Positions 9,162-18,417 of a stretch of DNA of 64,000 nt are shown piece by piece. Below the pieces are notes generated by a model. That model saw only the letters and a list, made by a program, of their open reading frames with translations, did not search any database and was not told the origin of the DNA. The stretch comes from Sphingomicrobium sp. (lineage in GTDB: Bacteria > Pseudomonadota > Alphaproteobacteria > Sphingomonadales > Sphingomonadaceae): assembly GCA_039933195.1 (NCBI GenBank), contig JBDTON010000067.1:5033-69032 (forward strand), given 5' to 3'. The translations under genes and the position numbers were made by a program. Positions within the stretch are counted from its first letter, which is position 1. The number at the start of each line of letters is the position of its first letter.

Positions 9162-9866
9162 GTGACACCCGTGCTCGTTGCCGTTCAGACTGCCCCGAGG
9201 CGCGCTTTGAGCGCGGCGCTCACCGGCCTTGCGCTGATCGGCGGCGGCTGCGCGACCAAGCCCCCGGTGCCCGCCGGAGCCCATCCGATGGTCGTGGTTC
9301 CGCCGCCGCTCAAGTCGGATGCGTGGAGGTCCGTCGCAACCGACGCCGACAGGGACCGGATCGCTCGCCTCGACTCTGCCTGGCAACAGGCGCTCACCGA
9401 AGCCGGAAAGAGTTTCTCGGGCGAAATCCGCAAGGAAGGCGACCTGCTGAAGCCGCGAGCGGCTCTGCCGCGGCCGGCGCCGACTCCGGGAAGCTACAAT
9501 TGCCGGCTGATCAAGCTCGGCCAGGCGACTCCGAAGACCCGCGCCTACGAGAGCTTCAAACCGTTCTTCTGCTACGTCGAGGTCGAGGACAACCTTCTGA
9601 CCATCGTGAAGCAGACCGGCAGCCAACGGCCGGCCGGACGGCTGTGGGAGGACGACGACCCCAACCGCCTGATCTTTCTCGGCAGCCTCGCGCTTGGCAA
9701 CGAGGACCAGCCGCTCGCGTATGGCGATGATCCCAAGCGCAACATGGCTGGAGTGTTCCAGCGGATCGGGCCCTTCCGCTGGCGGCTGGTGATCCCGTGG
9801 CCGCAAAGCACCTCCAAGCTCGACGTGTTCGAGCTCACCCCGGTCGCGCAGCAGCCGCAAGGGTGA
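9162..9866 (+). CDS. DUF4893-like lipoprotein
   Basis: Lipobox-like GGC, CRLIKLG, KQTGSQRPAGRL, KLDVFEL. Confidence 0.75.
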   Translation: MTPVLVAVQTAPRRALSAALTGLALIGGGCATKPPVPAGAHPMVVVPPPLKSDAWRSVATDADRDRIARLDSAWQQALTEAGKSFSGEIRKEGDLLKPRAALPRPAPTPGSYNCRLIKLGQATPKTRAYESFKPFFCYVEVEDNLLTIVKQTGSQRPAGRLWEDDDPNRLIFLGSLALGNEDQPLAYGDDPKRNMAGVFQRIGPFRWRLVIPWPQSTSKLDVFELTPVAQQPQG

Positions 9867-9876
9867 CCCGGATTCG

Positions 9877-10245
9877 ATGAGCCAAGCGGGGCTGCTCGCC
9901 GATCCGGCCGAGGTCCGCGCTATCCTGGTCGCGTCCGCCCGCGCCGGCGAAGCGATCAGCTATTCCGAAGTGCTGGCATTGCTCGGGCATGATTTCACGC
10001 GTCCCAAGATGCGGGCGCTGTGCAAGGTGCTCGGCTTTGTCGATGACGAAGCGGCCGAACGCGGCGAGCCCGAGCTCGCGGTGCTGGTTGTGCGCCAGTT
10101 TGACGGCCTTCCGGGGCAGGGCTGGTGGGTCGGCGGCGCGAAGAAGCACGCCCACACCGGTTTGTGGGAGGGTCCGAGGGCGGCGAAGCTGATCAGAAAG
10201 CTCCAACGGCAGGCGTTCGACTTTTGGGCGGGACGCGAGGCGTAG
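9877..10245 (+). CDS. Conserved hypothetical protein, possibly ATL/MGMT-like DNA-binding fold
   Basis: ISYSEV..., LVVRQ.DGLPGQGWW, coding-like composition. Confidence 0.55.
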   Translation: MSQAGLLADPAEVRAILVASARAGEAISYSEVLALLGHDFTRPKMRALCKVLGFVDDEAAERGEPELAVLVVRQFDGLPGQGWWVGGAKKHAHTGLWEGPRAAKLIRKLQRQAFDFWAGREA

Positions 10246-10265
10246 CTTTCGCTAATCGGCGCGCC

Positions 10266-11351
10266 GTGAGCGAAGCGCGTACTTTCACCGTATCCGACGA
10301 TGACGACGGAATCCGCCTGGACCGCTGGTTCAAGCGGAACATGCCCGAGGTCAGCTTCAACGTCGTCTCGCGTTGGGCGCGAACCGGGCAGCTTCGCGTC
10401 GCGGGAAAGCGGGCAGCACCCGGCGATCGGGTCGAGGCCGGGCAGGAGATCCGCATGCCTCCCGTGGAGGCGGCGCCAATTCGGTCAAGCCGGGCGCAGC
10501 CGAAGCGCGAGCGGCTCACCGAAGACGAAGTCCAGCTGGTACGCGACATGGTCGTTTACGAAGATTCGAATGCGTTCGTCCTGAACAAGCCGCCAGGCCT
10601 CGCCACGCAGGGCGGCACGAAGACGACGCACCACCTCGACCGTCTGCTCGACGGACTTGCGGGGGAGGCTGGGCGACCGAAACTCGTCCACAGGCTGGAC
10701 AAGGATACGTCGGGCGCGCTGCTGGTGGCTCGGAGCGCACGGGCGGCCGGGCATTTTGCGAAGGCTTTTTCGGGACGGACCGCGCGGAAGGTCTATTGGG
10801 CTTTGGTCGTAGGTGTGCCCGACGCGGGCGAAGGGCAGATCGATGCTCCGCTTGCCAAGCAGCCCGGCACGGGCGGCGAGAAGATGCACATCGATGAGGA
10901 GCATGGGCTCACCGCCAAGACCCGCTGGCGGACGATCGACCGGGCGGGAAATCGCGCCGCCTGGGTCGAGCTTCAACCGCTCACTGGCCGCACGCACCAG
11001 CTGCGCGCGCACATGGCTGCGATCGGCCATCCGATCGTGGGCGATGCGAAATATGGCGGGTCGGAAGCGTTTCTGACCGGCGGCATCAGCCGCAAGCTGC
11101 ACCTCCACGCGCGGCGGATCCGGATCGACTCGCCCGGCGGCGGCAAGATCGACGTGACGGCGGAGCTGCCGGCACATTTGGCCGAGAGCCTCACGACCCT
11201 CGGCTTCGATGCGGCCGCGGGCGACGTCGAGCCGGTAAGGACGACCGCTTCGCCGGGCCGGCGGGTGGCGGCGGCGGCCAAGGCACGGCGCCGCGAACGG
11301 CGGGGCGAGCGGCGCTCGCGCGGATCGCAGCCGAAAGCGAAGCGGCGGTGA
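10266..11351 (+). CDS. RluA/RluC family pseudouridine synthase
   Basis: S4-like RLDRW, NKPPGL, HRLDKDTSG, TGRTHQLR, GDAKYG. GTG start inferred. Confidence 0.93.
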   Translation: MSEARTFTVSDDDDGIRLDRWFKRNMPEVSFNVVSRWARTGQLRVAGKRAAPGDRVEAGQEIRMPPVEAAPIRSSRAQPKRERLTEDEVQLVRDMVVYEDSNAFVLNKPPGLATQGGTKTTHHLDRLLDGLAGEAGRPKLVHRLDKDTSGALLVARSARAAGHFAKAFSGRTARKVYWALVVGVPDAGEGQIDAPLAKQPGTGGEKMHIDEEHGLTAKTRWRTIDRAGNRAAWVELQPLTGRTHQLRAHMAAIGHPIVGDAKYGGSEAFLTGGISRKLHLHARRIRIDSPGGGKIDVTAELPAHLAESLTTLGFDAAAGDVEPVRTTASPGRRVAAAAKARRRERRGERRSRGSQPKAKRR

Positions 11352-12013
11352 ACCAGCTGGCAATCTTCGACTGCGACGGCACGCTCGTCGACAGCGGAGC
11401 GACAATCTACGCGGCGCTTGCCGAGACATTCCGGCAGAACGCCGTTGCCCTTCCGCCGCCGGAAGTCAGCCGGCGAGTCATCGGCCTCAGCCTGATCGAG
11501 GCGATGGCCAAGCTCCTTCCCGATGCCCCACCCGAGCAGCACCTCCGATTGGCCGAGGACTACAAGCGCGCCTTCTGGCAGCTGCGTGCCGCCGGACAGG
11601 TCGAGGAGCCTCTGTTCGGCGGCGTGCTCGAGCTGCTCGACAGGCTCGAGGACGACGGCTGGCTACTGGCGGTCGCGACCGGCAAGTCGGACCGGGGGCT
11701 CAAGCATTGCCTCGAACAGCACGATATCCATGCACGGTTCGTGTCGCTGCAGACCGCGGATCGGCACCCATCCAAGCCGCATCCCTCCATGGTGCTGGAG
11801 GCCATTGCCGATGCGGGCGCGACGCCGGCAACGACGTTCGTCGTCGGTGACACGAGCTTCGACATGGCAATGGCCGCGGCGGCCGGCGCGACCGCGATCG
11901 GCGCGGGCTGGGGCTATCATGACGCGGGGGAGTTGACCGCAGGGGGCGCCGTGGCCGTCGCCGAGCGACCGCTCGACGTTCTCGAACTCGTTCGGGAGCA
12001 TGTGCATGGATGA
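11348..12013 (+). CDS. HAD-IA family hydrolase (phosphoglycolate phosphatase-like)
   Basis: FDCDGTLVDS, ATGK, SKPHP, VGDTSFD. Confidence 0.9.
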   Translation: MNQLAIFDCDGTLVDSGATIYAALAETFRQNAVALPPPEVSRRVIGLSLIEAMAKLLPDAPPEQHLRLAEDYKRAFWQLRAAGQVEEPLFGGVLELLDRLEDDGWLLAVATGKSDRGLKHCLEQHDIHARFVSLQTADRHPSKPHPSMVLEAIADAGATPATTFVVGDTSFDMAMAAAAGATAIGAGWGYHDAGELTAGGAVAVAERPLDVLELVREHVHG

Positions 12014-12236
12014 CGACGCTCGAGCCCGCAACCGGCTGCTCGCCTACACCGCGGTGCGATTGGCGGGGCTGGGAATCTTTTTCTTCGGCATTGCGGTCAT
12101 GTACACCGATCTTCTCCGCACGGGCGGCTGGCCGCAGGGCGGGGCGATTGTCGCCATTCTCGGCGTGATCGACGCGGTGCTTGCCCCTCGTCTCCTCAAG
12201 AAAGCCTGGGACCGGCAAGAGCCCGGACAGGAATGA
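12006..12236 (+). CDS. Small two-TM hypothetical protein
   Basis: Two hydrophobic segments, overlaps both neighbouring genes. Confidence 0.65.
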   Translation: MDDDARARNRLLAYTAVRLAGLGIFFFGIAVMYTDLLRTGGWPQGGAIVAILGVIDAVLAPRLLKKAWDRQEPGQE

Positions 12237-12928
12237 AGCGCTTCTGGAAGACGGTCGATGCGGTCCGTGAAGACGGCGGCTGGCAGATTCGGCTCGACGG
12301 CCGCCCGGTGCGGACTCCCGCCCGAACGGCGCTGACGGTCCCGAGCGAATTGCTCGCCGAAGCTATCGCCGAGGAATGGCGCGCAACGGGCAAAGACGTC
12401 GATCCGCGCGCCATGCCATTGACCGGGATGGCCAATGCCGCGATCGACCGGGTTGCACCCGAAAAAGACACGTTCGCGGCCGGGCTCGCGCGCTATGCCG
12501 AGGCGGACCTTGCCTGCTACCGCGCCGAAGGCCCGCGCAAGCTGATCGAGCGGGAGGAGCAGAGCTGCGACTCGCTCCTGGGCTGGGCCCGGCGGCGCTA
12601 CGATGTCGATTTCGTGACCACCTCGGGGCTGATGCACGTCGCTCAGCCCCAGGCGACGGTGGAGCGATTGGGGCATGCGGTAGCGGAGCTCGATCGCTTT
12701 CAATTGGCCGGACTGTCGCCGCTGGTGACGATAGGCGGGTCGCTGGTCGCCGCTCTGGCGGTGCTGGAGAAAGCCATTATGCCCGAGCAGGCGTGGGAGG
12801 CGGTGAGCATCGACGAGCGGTGGCAGCTCGAACAATGGGGCGCGGACAAAGAGGCGGAGGAAGCGCTCGAAAACCGGCGGCGGGATTTCCTCGCGGCAGC
12901 ACGCTTTCTGGTGCTGCTCGACGCCTAG
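12233..12928 (+). CDS. ATP12 family chaperone
   Basis: MKRFWK, LDGRPVRTP, MPLT, DLACYRA, WQLEQWG. Confidence 0.9.
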   Translation: MKRFWKTVDAVREDGGWQIRLDGRPVRTPARTALTVPSELLAEAIAEEWRATGKDVDPRAMPLTGMANAAIDRVAPEKDTFAAGLARYAEADLACYRAEGPRKLIEREEQSCDSLLGWARRRYDVDFVTTSGLMHVAQPQATVERLGHAVAELDRFQLAGLSPLVTIGGSLVAALAVLEKAIMPEQAWEAVSIDERWQLEQWGADKEAEEALENRRRDFLAAARFLVLLDA

Positions 12929-13584
12929 TGCTGGGGCCCAACGAGGTCGCGGACGAAGGTGACCAGACCCACCTGGCGCGAGCGCTTCAATCGCTCCGCG
13001 TCGACGATCGTGCGAACGTCGGCGAGGCACAGGACCATGTCCGCGTTGATCAGCACATAATCATATTCGGCCCAATGGCTGATCTCGCTGGCCGCACGCA
13101 GCATCCGGTCGGCGATGACTTCGGTATGGTCCGTAGCACGCTCGCGCAGCCGCCGCTCAAGCTCGGTCATCGACGGCGGCAGGATAAAGATCCGCACCAG
13201 GTCCTCGCCCATCGCTGAATGAAGCTGCTGGGTGCCCTGCCAGTCGATATCGAACAAGATGTCGCGGCCTTCCCTCAACGCGTCCTTCACGGGAGCCTTC
13301 GGGGTCCCGTAGCGGTAGCCGAACACCGGCGCCCATTCGACGAACTCGCCGGCGGCGACGAGCCGGTCGAACTCGGCGTCGTCGACGAAATGATAATCCA
13401 CGTTGTCGGCTTCGCCGGGCCGCTTGGGACGCGTGGTCGCCGACACCGACATTGTGATGCCGCGGTCGGCCTCGAGCAACATGCGCGAGATCGTCGTCTT
13501 GCCTGCACCCGACGGCGAGGAGAGGACGATCAGGAGGCCGCGGCGGTGCTTGGCGAAGTGATCGGCCGGGGAGGCGGGGTCCAT
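12925..13584 (-). CDS. gmk: Guanylate kinase
   Basis: SSPSGAGKTT P-loop, SATTRPKRPGE, YGTP, DIDWQG. Confidence 0.95.
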   Translation of the reverse strand: MDPASPADHFAKHRRGLLIVLSSPSGAGKTTISRMLLEADRGITMSVSATTRPKRPGEADNVDYHFVDDAEFDRLVAAGEFVEWAPVFGYRYGTPKAPVKDALREGRDILFDIDWQGTQQLHSAMGEDLVRIFILPPSMTELERRLRERATDHTEVIADRMLRAASEISHWAEYDYVLINADMVLCLADVRTIVDAERLKRSRQVGLVTFVRDLVGPQH

Positions 13585-13641
13585 GGCCGCTCTTGCTTCG
13601 GGCGAGCCGCAGCCGTCAAGCCGCGACCAAATCGCAGTAAT

Positions 13642-13704
13642 TGCCGCAGTGCACAAAATTGCTCTTGAAATGCTGCGGCGCAATGCATATTGTGCAATGC
13701 AGCA
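13642..13704. promoter_or_regulatory. Three PhaR-type operator boxes upstream of phasin
   Basis: TGCCGCAGTGCACAA, TGCTGCGGCGCAATG and TTGTGCAATGCAGCA. Confidence 0.6.
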
Positions 13705-13722
13705 AATTTAGAGGAATTGATT

Positions 13723-14445
13723 ATGGCAGACGAAACCAAAATTCAGGCCGAGGCCGCTGCGGCGGCTCCCGCCAAGGTTGCCGAGGCTGTCGCCGATACA
13801 GCGAAGAAGGTTGTGAAAGAGACGGCCGTTGTTGCCAAGCGCGAGCGTGCGAAGACGGCGCGCCGGGCGAAGCGTCAGGCTGTTGCCAAAAAGACCGTGG
13901 CTCGCCGCACCAAGGCGACTCGCCGCAAAGTTCGTACCGCTCAGCGCAAGACCGCCACGGCGGCCCAGAAAAGGATTGAGACCGTGACCAACAACAATTT
14001 CTTCAACGGCTTCGAAGCCGTCCCGGCATTCGCGCCCTTCCAGACGATTTTCGCCGAAGCCGGCGAACGCAGCCAGGAACTTGCCAAGCGTAGCCAGAAG
14101 GTCGCCGAGGAGCTCGCCGATCTCGCGCGTGCCAATGTCGAGGCGCTAGTCGAAGCGAGCCGCGTTGCGTCCGAGGGCGCCCGTACGATCGGTCAGGACG
14201 TCGCGGCCACCAGCCGCAATGGCGTCGAGCAGGCGGCGGACGCGATCCGCTCGCTCGCCGAGGCGAAGTCCCCGACCGAATATCTGCAGCTGCAGGGCGA
14301 ATTCGCGCGTGCCTCGTTTGACCGTGCGGTCGCCGAGAGCTCGCGCCTGACCGAATCGCTGGTGAAGCTCGCCGGCGAGGCGTTCCAGCCGCTTTCGAAC
14401 CGCGCCACGGCCAATGCCGAGCGCTTCAACACCCTCGTTGCCTGA
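13723..14445 (+). CDS. Phasin family protein with basic N-terminal extension
   Basis: ANVEALVEA..., AKSPTEYLQLQ, EAFQPLSNR. GAGG RBS. Confidence 0.85.
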   Translation: MADETKIQAEAAAAAPAKVAEAVADTAKKVVKETAVVAKRERAKTARRAKRQAVAKKTVARRTKATRRKVRTAQRKTATAAQKRIETVTNNNFFNGFEAVPAFAPFQTIFAEAGERSQELAKRSQKVAEELADLARANVEALVEASRVASEGARTIGQDVAATSRNGVEQAADAIRSLAEAKSPTEYLQLQGEFARASFDRAVAESSRLTESLVKLAGEAFQPLSNRATANAERFNTLVA

Positions 14446-14479
14446 CCCTCTCCCCTCCTAAGTCAAGGCAACGGCGTCG

Positions 14480-14519
14480 GGCGGCCGCTCCCAGTTTCAG
14501 GAGCGGCCGCCGTTTTTTT
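14480..14519 (+). terminator. Rho-independent terminator
   Basis: GGCGGCCGCTCC/GGAGCGGCCGCC stem followed by T7. Confidence 0.85.
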
Positions 14520-14541
14520 GCGTTGCAGCGCCAAGAGCCGC

Positions 14542-14569
14542 CTTGCGGGGCTCTCGAAGGTTGCCATAT
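14542..14569 (+). promoter_or_regulatory. Putative RpoH (sigma32) promoter of clpS
   Basis: CTTG-N18-CCATAT. Confidence 0.55.
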
Positions 14570-14580
14570 TTTAAGAGGCG

Positions 14581-14934
14581 ATGAGCACAGACTGGAGCAT
14601 GATGGCGGCGGGACCGGGCAACGGCGACGGGATCGAGGAGATCGAGACCGGCGTCGCCACGCGCACTCGGCCCAAGACCAAGAAGCCGTCAAACTACAAA
14701 GTGCTGATGCTCAACGACGATTACACGCCGATGGAGTTCGTCGTCCTGGTGCTCCAGCAATTCTTCAGCATGAGCATCGAGGATGCGACACGAGTCATGC
14801 TCCAGGTTCATCAGCAGGGCTTAGCGGTGTGCGGCGTCTTCACCTACGAGGTGGCGGAGACGAAGGTCACGCAAGTGATCGACTTCGCCCGCGAGAACCA
14901 GCACCCGCTGCAATGCACGCTGGAGAAAGCCTGA
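14581..14934 (+). CDS. clpS: ATP-dependent Clp protease adaptor
   Basis: [31 protein letters not shown]. Confidence 0.96.
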   Translation: MSTDWSMMAAGPGNGDGIEEIETGVATRTRPKTKKPSNYKVLMLNDDYTPMEFVVLVLQQFFSMSIEDATRVMLQVHQQGLAVCGVFTYEVAETKVTQVIDFARENQHPLQCTLEKA

Positions 14935-14937
14935 TTT

Positions 14938-15010
14938 CGTTATCGCGAGCGTAGCAAAGTAATCCAGGATCTCTGGATTGCCGCGTCGCCTTCGGCTCCG
15001 CGCAAGGACG
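14938..15010. repeat. REP-like palindromic element, family A (GTCATCGCGAG...GCAATGAC type)
   Basis: Similar to 56850-56916, with internal AATCCAG/CTGGATT inverted repeat. Confidence 0.75.
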
Positions 15011-15049
15011 GCTTCTTGTCAGTGGGAAACCAGACGCTAAACCTCCGCC

Positions 15050-16333
15050 GTGGACAGCATCTGGATCAGGGGCGGGAACCAGCTCAACGGCGAAATCCCG
15101 ATCAGCGGCGCGAAGAACGCGGCGCTGACTCTGATGCCCTGCGCGCTGCTCACACAAGAGAAGCTCACGCTCACCAACCTGCCGCGGCTGGCCGACGTCG
15201 ACACCTTCAGCCACCTGCTCAACCAGCTCGGCGTTTCGACTTCCGTCGCGGGCGTGAAGAAGGGCGAATACGGGCGGAAGATGACCCTTCAGGCGGACGA
15301 GATCGTCTCGACCGTCGCTCCCTATGACATGGTGCGCAAGATGCGCGCGTCGGTGCTCGTGCTCGGCCCGATGCTCGCGCGCTTGGGCGAAGCGACGGTG
15401 TCGCTGCCTGGCGGCTGCGCGATCGGCGACCGGCCGATCGACCTGCACCTGAAGGCGCTCGAATGCATGGGCGCCGAGATCGAGCTCACTGCCGGATATG
15501 TGAAGGCGAGCGCGCCCAAGGGCCGGCTGGCGGGCGGCGACTTCAGCTTCCCGCTGGTTTCCGTCGGAGCGACCGAGAACGCCGTCATGGCGGCGGTGCT
15601 GGCGAAGGGCAAAACTCAGCTGTTCAACGCCGCTCGAGAGCCAGAGATCGTCGACCTCTGCAACCTGCTGGTCGCGATGGGCGCGAAGATCCGCGGAATC
15701 GGATCGGCACACCTGATCATCGACGGGGTCGAGAAACTTCACGGCGGTACCTACGAAGTGATGCCGGACCGCATCGAAGCCGGCAGCTACGCCTGCGCGG
15801 CGGGGATCACCGGAGGCTCGATCGACCTCATCGGCGCCCGCCCCGACGACATGCGGGCGACCCTGAACGCGCTGGCCCAGACAGGGTTGGTAATCGAGTT
15901 CCACAACCGCGGGATCAGGGTCAGCGCGGATGGGAAACTGAAGCCGCTGGCACTGTCGACCTCGCCGTTCCCCGGCTTCGCCACGGACATGCAGGCGCAG
16001 TTCATGGCGATGCTCGCGCTCGCCGAGGGCGACAGCTTTCTCGAGGAGACGATCTTCGAGAACCGCTACATGCACGTGCCGGAGCTGAGGCGCATGGGCG
16101 CGGAGGTCGATATCCATGGCCGCTCGGCGATCGTTCACGGAGTCGAGAAGCTAACTGGCGCCAATGTCATGGCAACCGATCTTCGCGCGTCAATGAGCCT
16201 TGTGCTCGCGGGCCTCGCCGCGGAGGGCGAGACCGAAGTGCTCCGAGTCTACCACCTCGACCGAGGCTACGAGCGGCTCGAAGAGAAGCTCTCCGCCGTC
16301 GGAGCGACGATCGAGCGGCGGAGCTCGGGTTAA
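15050..16333 (+). CDS. murA: UDP-N-acetylglucosamine 1-carboxyvinyltransferase
   Basis: [36 protein letters not shown]. Confidence 0.97.
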   Translation: MDSIWIRGGNQLNGEIPISGAKNAALTLMPCALLTQEKLTLTNLPRLADVDTFSHLLNQLGVSTSVAGVKKGEYGRKMTLQADEIVSTVAPYDMVRKMRASVLVLGPMLARLGEATVSLPGGCAIGDRPIDLHLKALECMGAEIELTAGYVKASAPKGRLAGGDFSFPLVSVGATENAVMAAVLAKGKTQLFNAAREPEIVDLCNLLVAMGAKIRGIGSAHLIIDGVEKLHGGTYEVMPDRIEAGSYACAAGITGGSIDLIGARPDDMRATLNALAQTGLVIEFHNRGIRVSADGKLKPLALSTSPFPGFATDMQAQFMAMLALAEGDSFLEETIFENRYMHVPELRRMGAEVDIHGRSAIVHGVEKLTGANVMATDLRASMSLVLAGLAAEGETEVLRVYHLDRGYERLEEKLSAVGATIERRSSG

Positions 16334-17121
16334 AGCGTCTTCATGAAGCGCATGCTGGTCCGTTCGTATCCCATGTGCCGATAGAAGGCGTGGGCCGCAG
16401 CGCGGCGGTCGTTGCTGGTCACTTCGAGGATTTGGCAGCCGGCCTTCTTCAGTTGCGCCTCGGCCGTTTCGACCAGCATCCGCCCTATGCCCTGGCCCCG
16501 AGCCTCCCTGGCGACGACCAGGGCTGTGATTCGGCCAAGCGGGGCAGGGCGGTGGACCACGGTGCGGCGGCCGACTCCGCACAAGCCGACGATCATTTTG
16601 TTCAAGGTCGCGACGAGCGGAGTCTCGCCGCTTTTCTTGAGCGCCGCTAAGTTCTTGCGCAACGCCTTCTCGTCGATCTCATGGCCCAGCTCGTCGATCA
16701 GCGCGACCAGCCTCCGCGCGTCTGCGGGCCTGGCCTCGCGGACCTCGGGCTTCGGTTCCGACTTGGGCGGCGGAGGAGGGGACGGAGGTCGCGGGGCTCT
16801 CCGCGGTGACGGGTCCTGATCGTTCGCCGGGGCAGGCGGCGGCCGCTCCGACTTCTTCGTTTTGCGTTTCCTTGGAAGCACCGCGACGTCGAGCGACGCG
16901 CCCCAATCCTTTGCTCCGAGGTTGCGCAGATAATGCTCGACGTCCTCCGGCTTTGCGGTCGGGCCTTTGGCGTCCATCCCGAAAACCGCTTTGCCTTTCG
17001 AATCGGTCAGCCCGACCTTGCCGAAGCGGCGCTTGCCCGGAGTGCGCACGCGCGAGCGGACGAGCTTTAGCCCGCGGTTGCGCGCGCTCTCAGCGAGCTC
17101 GTCGAGGCGCGCATCGCTCAC
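16330..17121 (-). CDS. GNAT acetyltransferase fused to an unrecognised N-terminal domain via a Pro-rich linker
   Basis: C-terminal [16 protein letters not shown] and [10 protein letters not shown]. Linker PPSPPPPPK. Confidence 0.75.
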   Translation of the reverse strand: MSDARLDELAESARNRGLKLVRSRVRTPGKRRFGKVGLTDSKGKAVFGMDAKGPTAKPEDVEHYLRNLGAKDWGASLDVAVLPRKRKTKKSERPPPAPANDQDPSPRRAPRPPSPPPPPKSEPKPEVREARPADARRLVALIDELGHEIDEKALRKNLAALKKSGETPLVATLNKMIVGLCGVGRRTVVHRPAPLGRITALVVAREARGQGIGRMLVETAEAQLKKAGCQILEVTSNDRRAAAHAFYRHMGYERTSMRFMKTL

Positions 17122-18386
17122 AGTGAATCCACAAGGTGAAGCAGAACGCCGACCAGGCCGCCGACGAGTGTGCCGTTGATTCGGATATACTGGAGGTCAC
17201 GCCCGACCGCGGCCTCGAGGCGCGCAGTGACCGTGCGCGCATCCCAGCCGCGTACCGTGTCGGAGACGAGGCGTACGATCGCGCTGCCGTAGCTCGCAGC
17301 GGTGCCAACGACCGCGCGGCGGGCGAACTGGTTGAGCGCGGCGCGGATTCGCGGGTCGCTCTCGAGCGTGCCGCCCATCGATTTCAGGATCTCGCCGAGC
17401 TTTCCGGCGAGCACCGCGTCCGGGTTGCGGGCCGCCCGGATCACCGCTTCGCGGCCTTTCTGCCACAGTGCATCGAGCCACAGGCCGACCGATTGATTGT
17501 CGAGCAATTGCTCCTTCATCGCCTCGACTCGCTCGCGCGTTTCGGGGCGGGTCTGCAGGTCGTTGGCGAGCTGCGCGAGGGCCTCCTCGACCTTCACCCG
17601 CACCGGATGCGCCGGGTCGGTCGACATCTCGATGGTGAGCTTCCTGAGGCCATCGATGATCGCGTCGGCGAGCTTGGCGTCCAGTCCGGCGAGCTTGAGC
17701 ACCCAGTTCGCTTTCTTGTGCACCATCTCGCGGATCAACGGCTCGTTGGCGTCGAGCGCACGCGCCATCCAGCGGATTGCCGCCTCGAGCATCGGCACGT
17801 GGCGGTCGTCGTTGATCGCCGAGGCGAGCGCGTGTCCGAGCAAAGGCGAGATTTCACTGGTGCGGATTCGCGCGGCGATCGCGCCCTTGACGATTCCGCC
17901 GAGGCGCTCGTCGTCGAGGCTTTCGAAAATGTCGGCGATCAGGCGCGACGCGCCGGCCCGGATTCGTGTCCCTTCACCCGCGGGAGTCTGGAGGAACCGG
18001 CCAGCGGCGCCCGCGATATCGATATTGCGCATCCGCCGCGCGACCACGGAAGGAATCAGGAAATTTTCCTTGAGGAAGGTCGCGAGGGCCTCGCCGATGC
18101 GGTCCTTGTTGCGCGGGATGATGGCCGTGTGGGGAATCGGCAGTCCGAGCGGATGGCGGAAGAGAGCGGTGACCGCGAACCAGTCGGCAAGCCCGCCGAC
18201 CATGGCCGCTTCGGCGAACGCCTTGATGTACCCCACTCCGGTATGAAGCGGCTCGAATGCCCGAGCGACGGCGAAGACCACGGCCATCACGACAAGCAAG
18301 CCCGTCGCGAGGACCTTCATGCCCTGGGTCCCCGGCTGAGCGGGGTTGAATCGGTTCAGGACCGGTTGGCTCGAAGCTCGGTTCAT
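17118..18386 (-). CDS. DUF445 family membrane protein
   Basis: EAAMVGGLADWFAVTALFRHP and DLQYIRINGTLVGG. Confidence 0.9.
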   Translation of the reverse strand: MNRASSQPVLNRFNPAQPGTQGMKVLATGLLVVMAVVFAVARAFEPLHTGVGYIKAFAEAAMVGGLADWFAVTALFRHPLGLPIPHTAIIPRNKDRIGEALATFLKENFLIPSVVARRMRNIDIAGAAGRFLQTPAGEGTRIRAGASRLIADIFESLDDERLGGIVKGAIAARIRTSEISPLLGHALASAINDDRHVPMLEAAIRWMARALDANEPLIREMVHKKANWVLKLAGLDAKLADAIIDGLRKLTIEMSTDPAHPVRVKVEEALAQLANDLQTRPETRERVEAMKEQLLDNQSVGLWLDALWQKGREAVIRAARNPDAVLAGKLGEILKSMGGTLESDPRIRAALNQFARRAVVGTAASYGSAIVRLVSDTVRGWDARTVTARLEAAVGRDLQYIRINGTLVGGLVGVLLHLVDSL

Positions 18387-18417
18387 GCCCTCTCAATAGC
18401 GGGAGGGCGGCCGAAGT

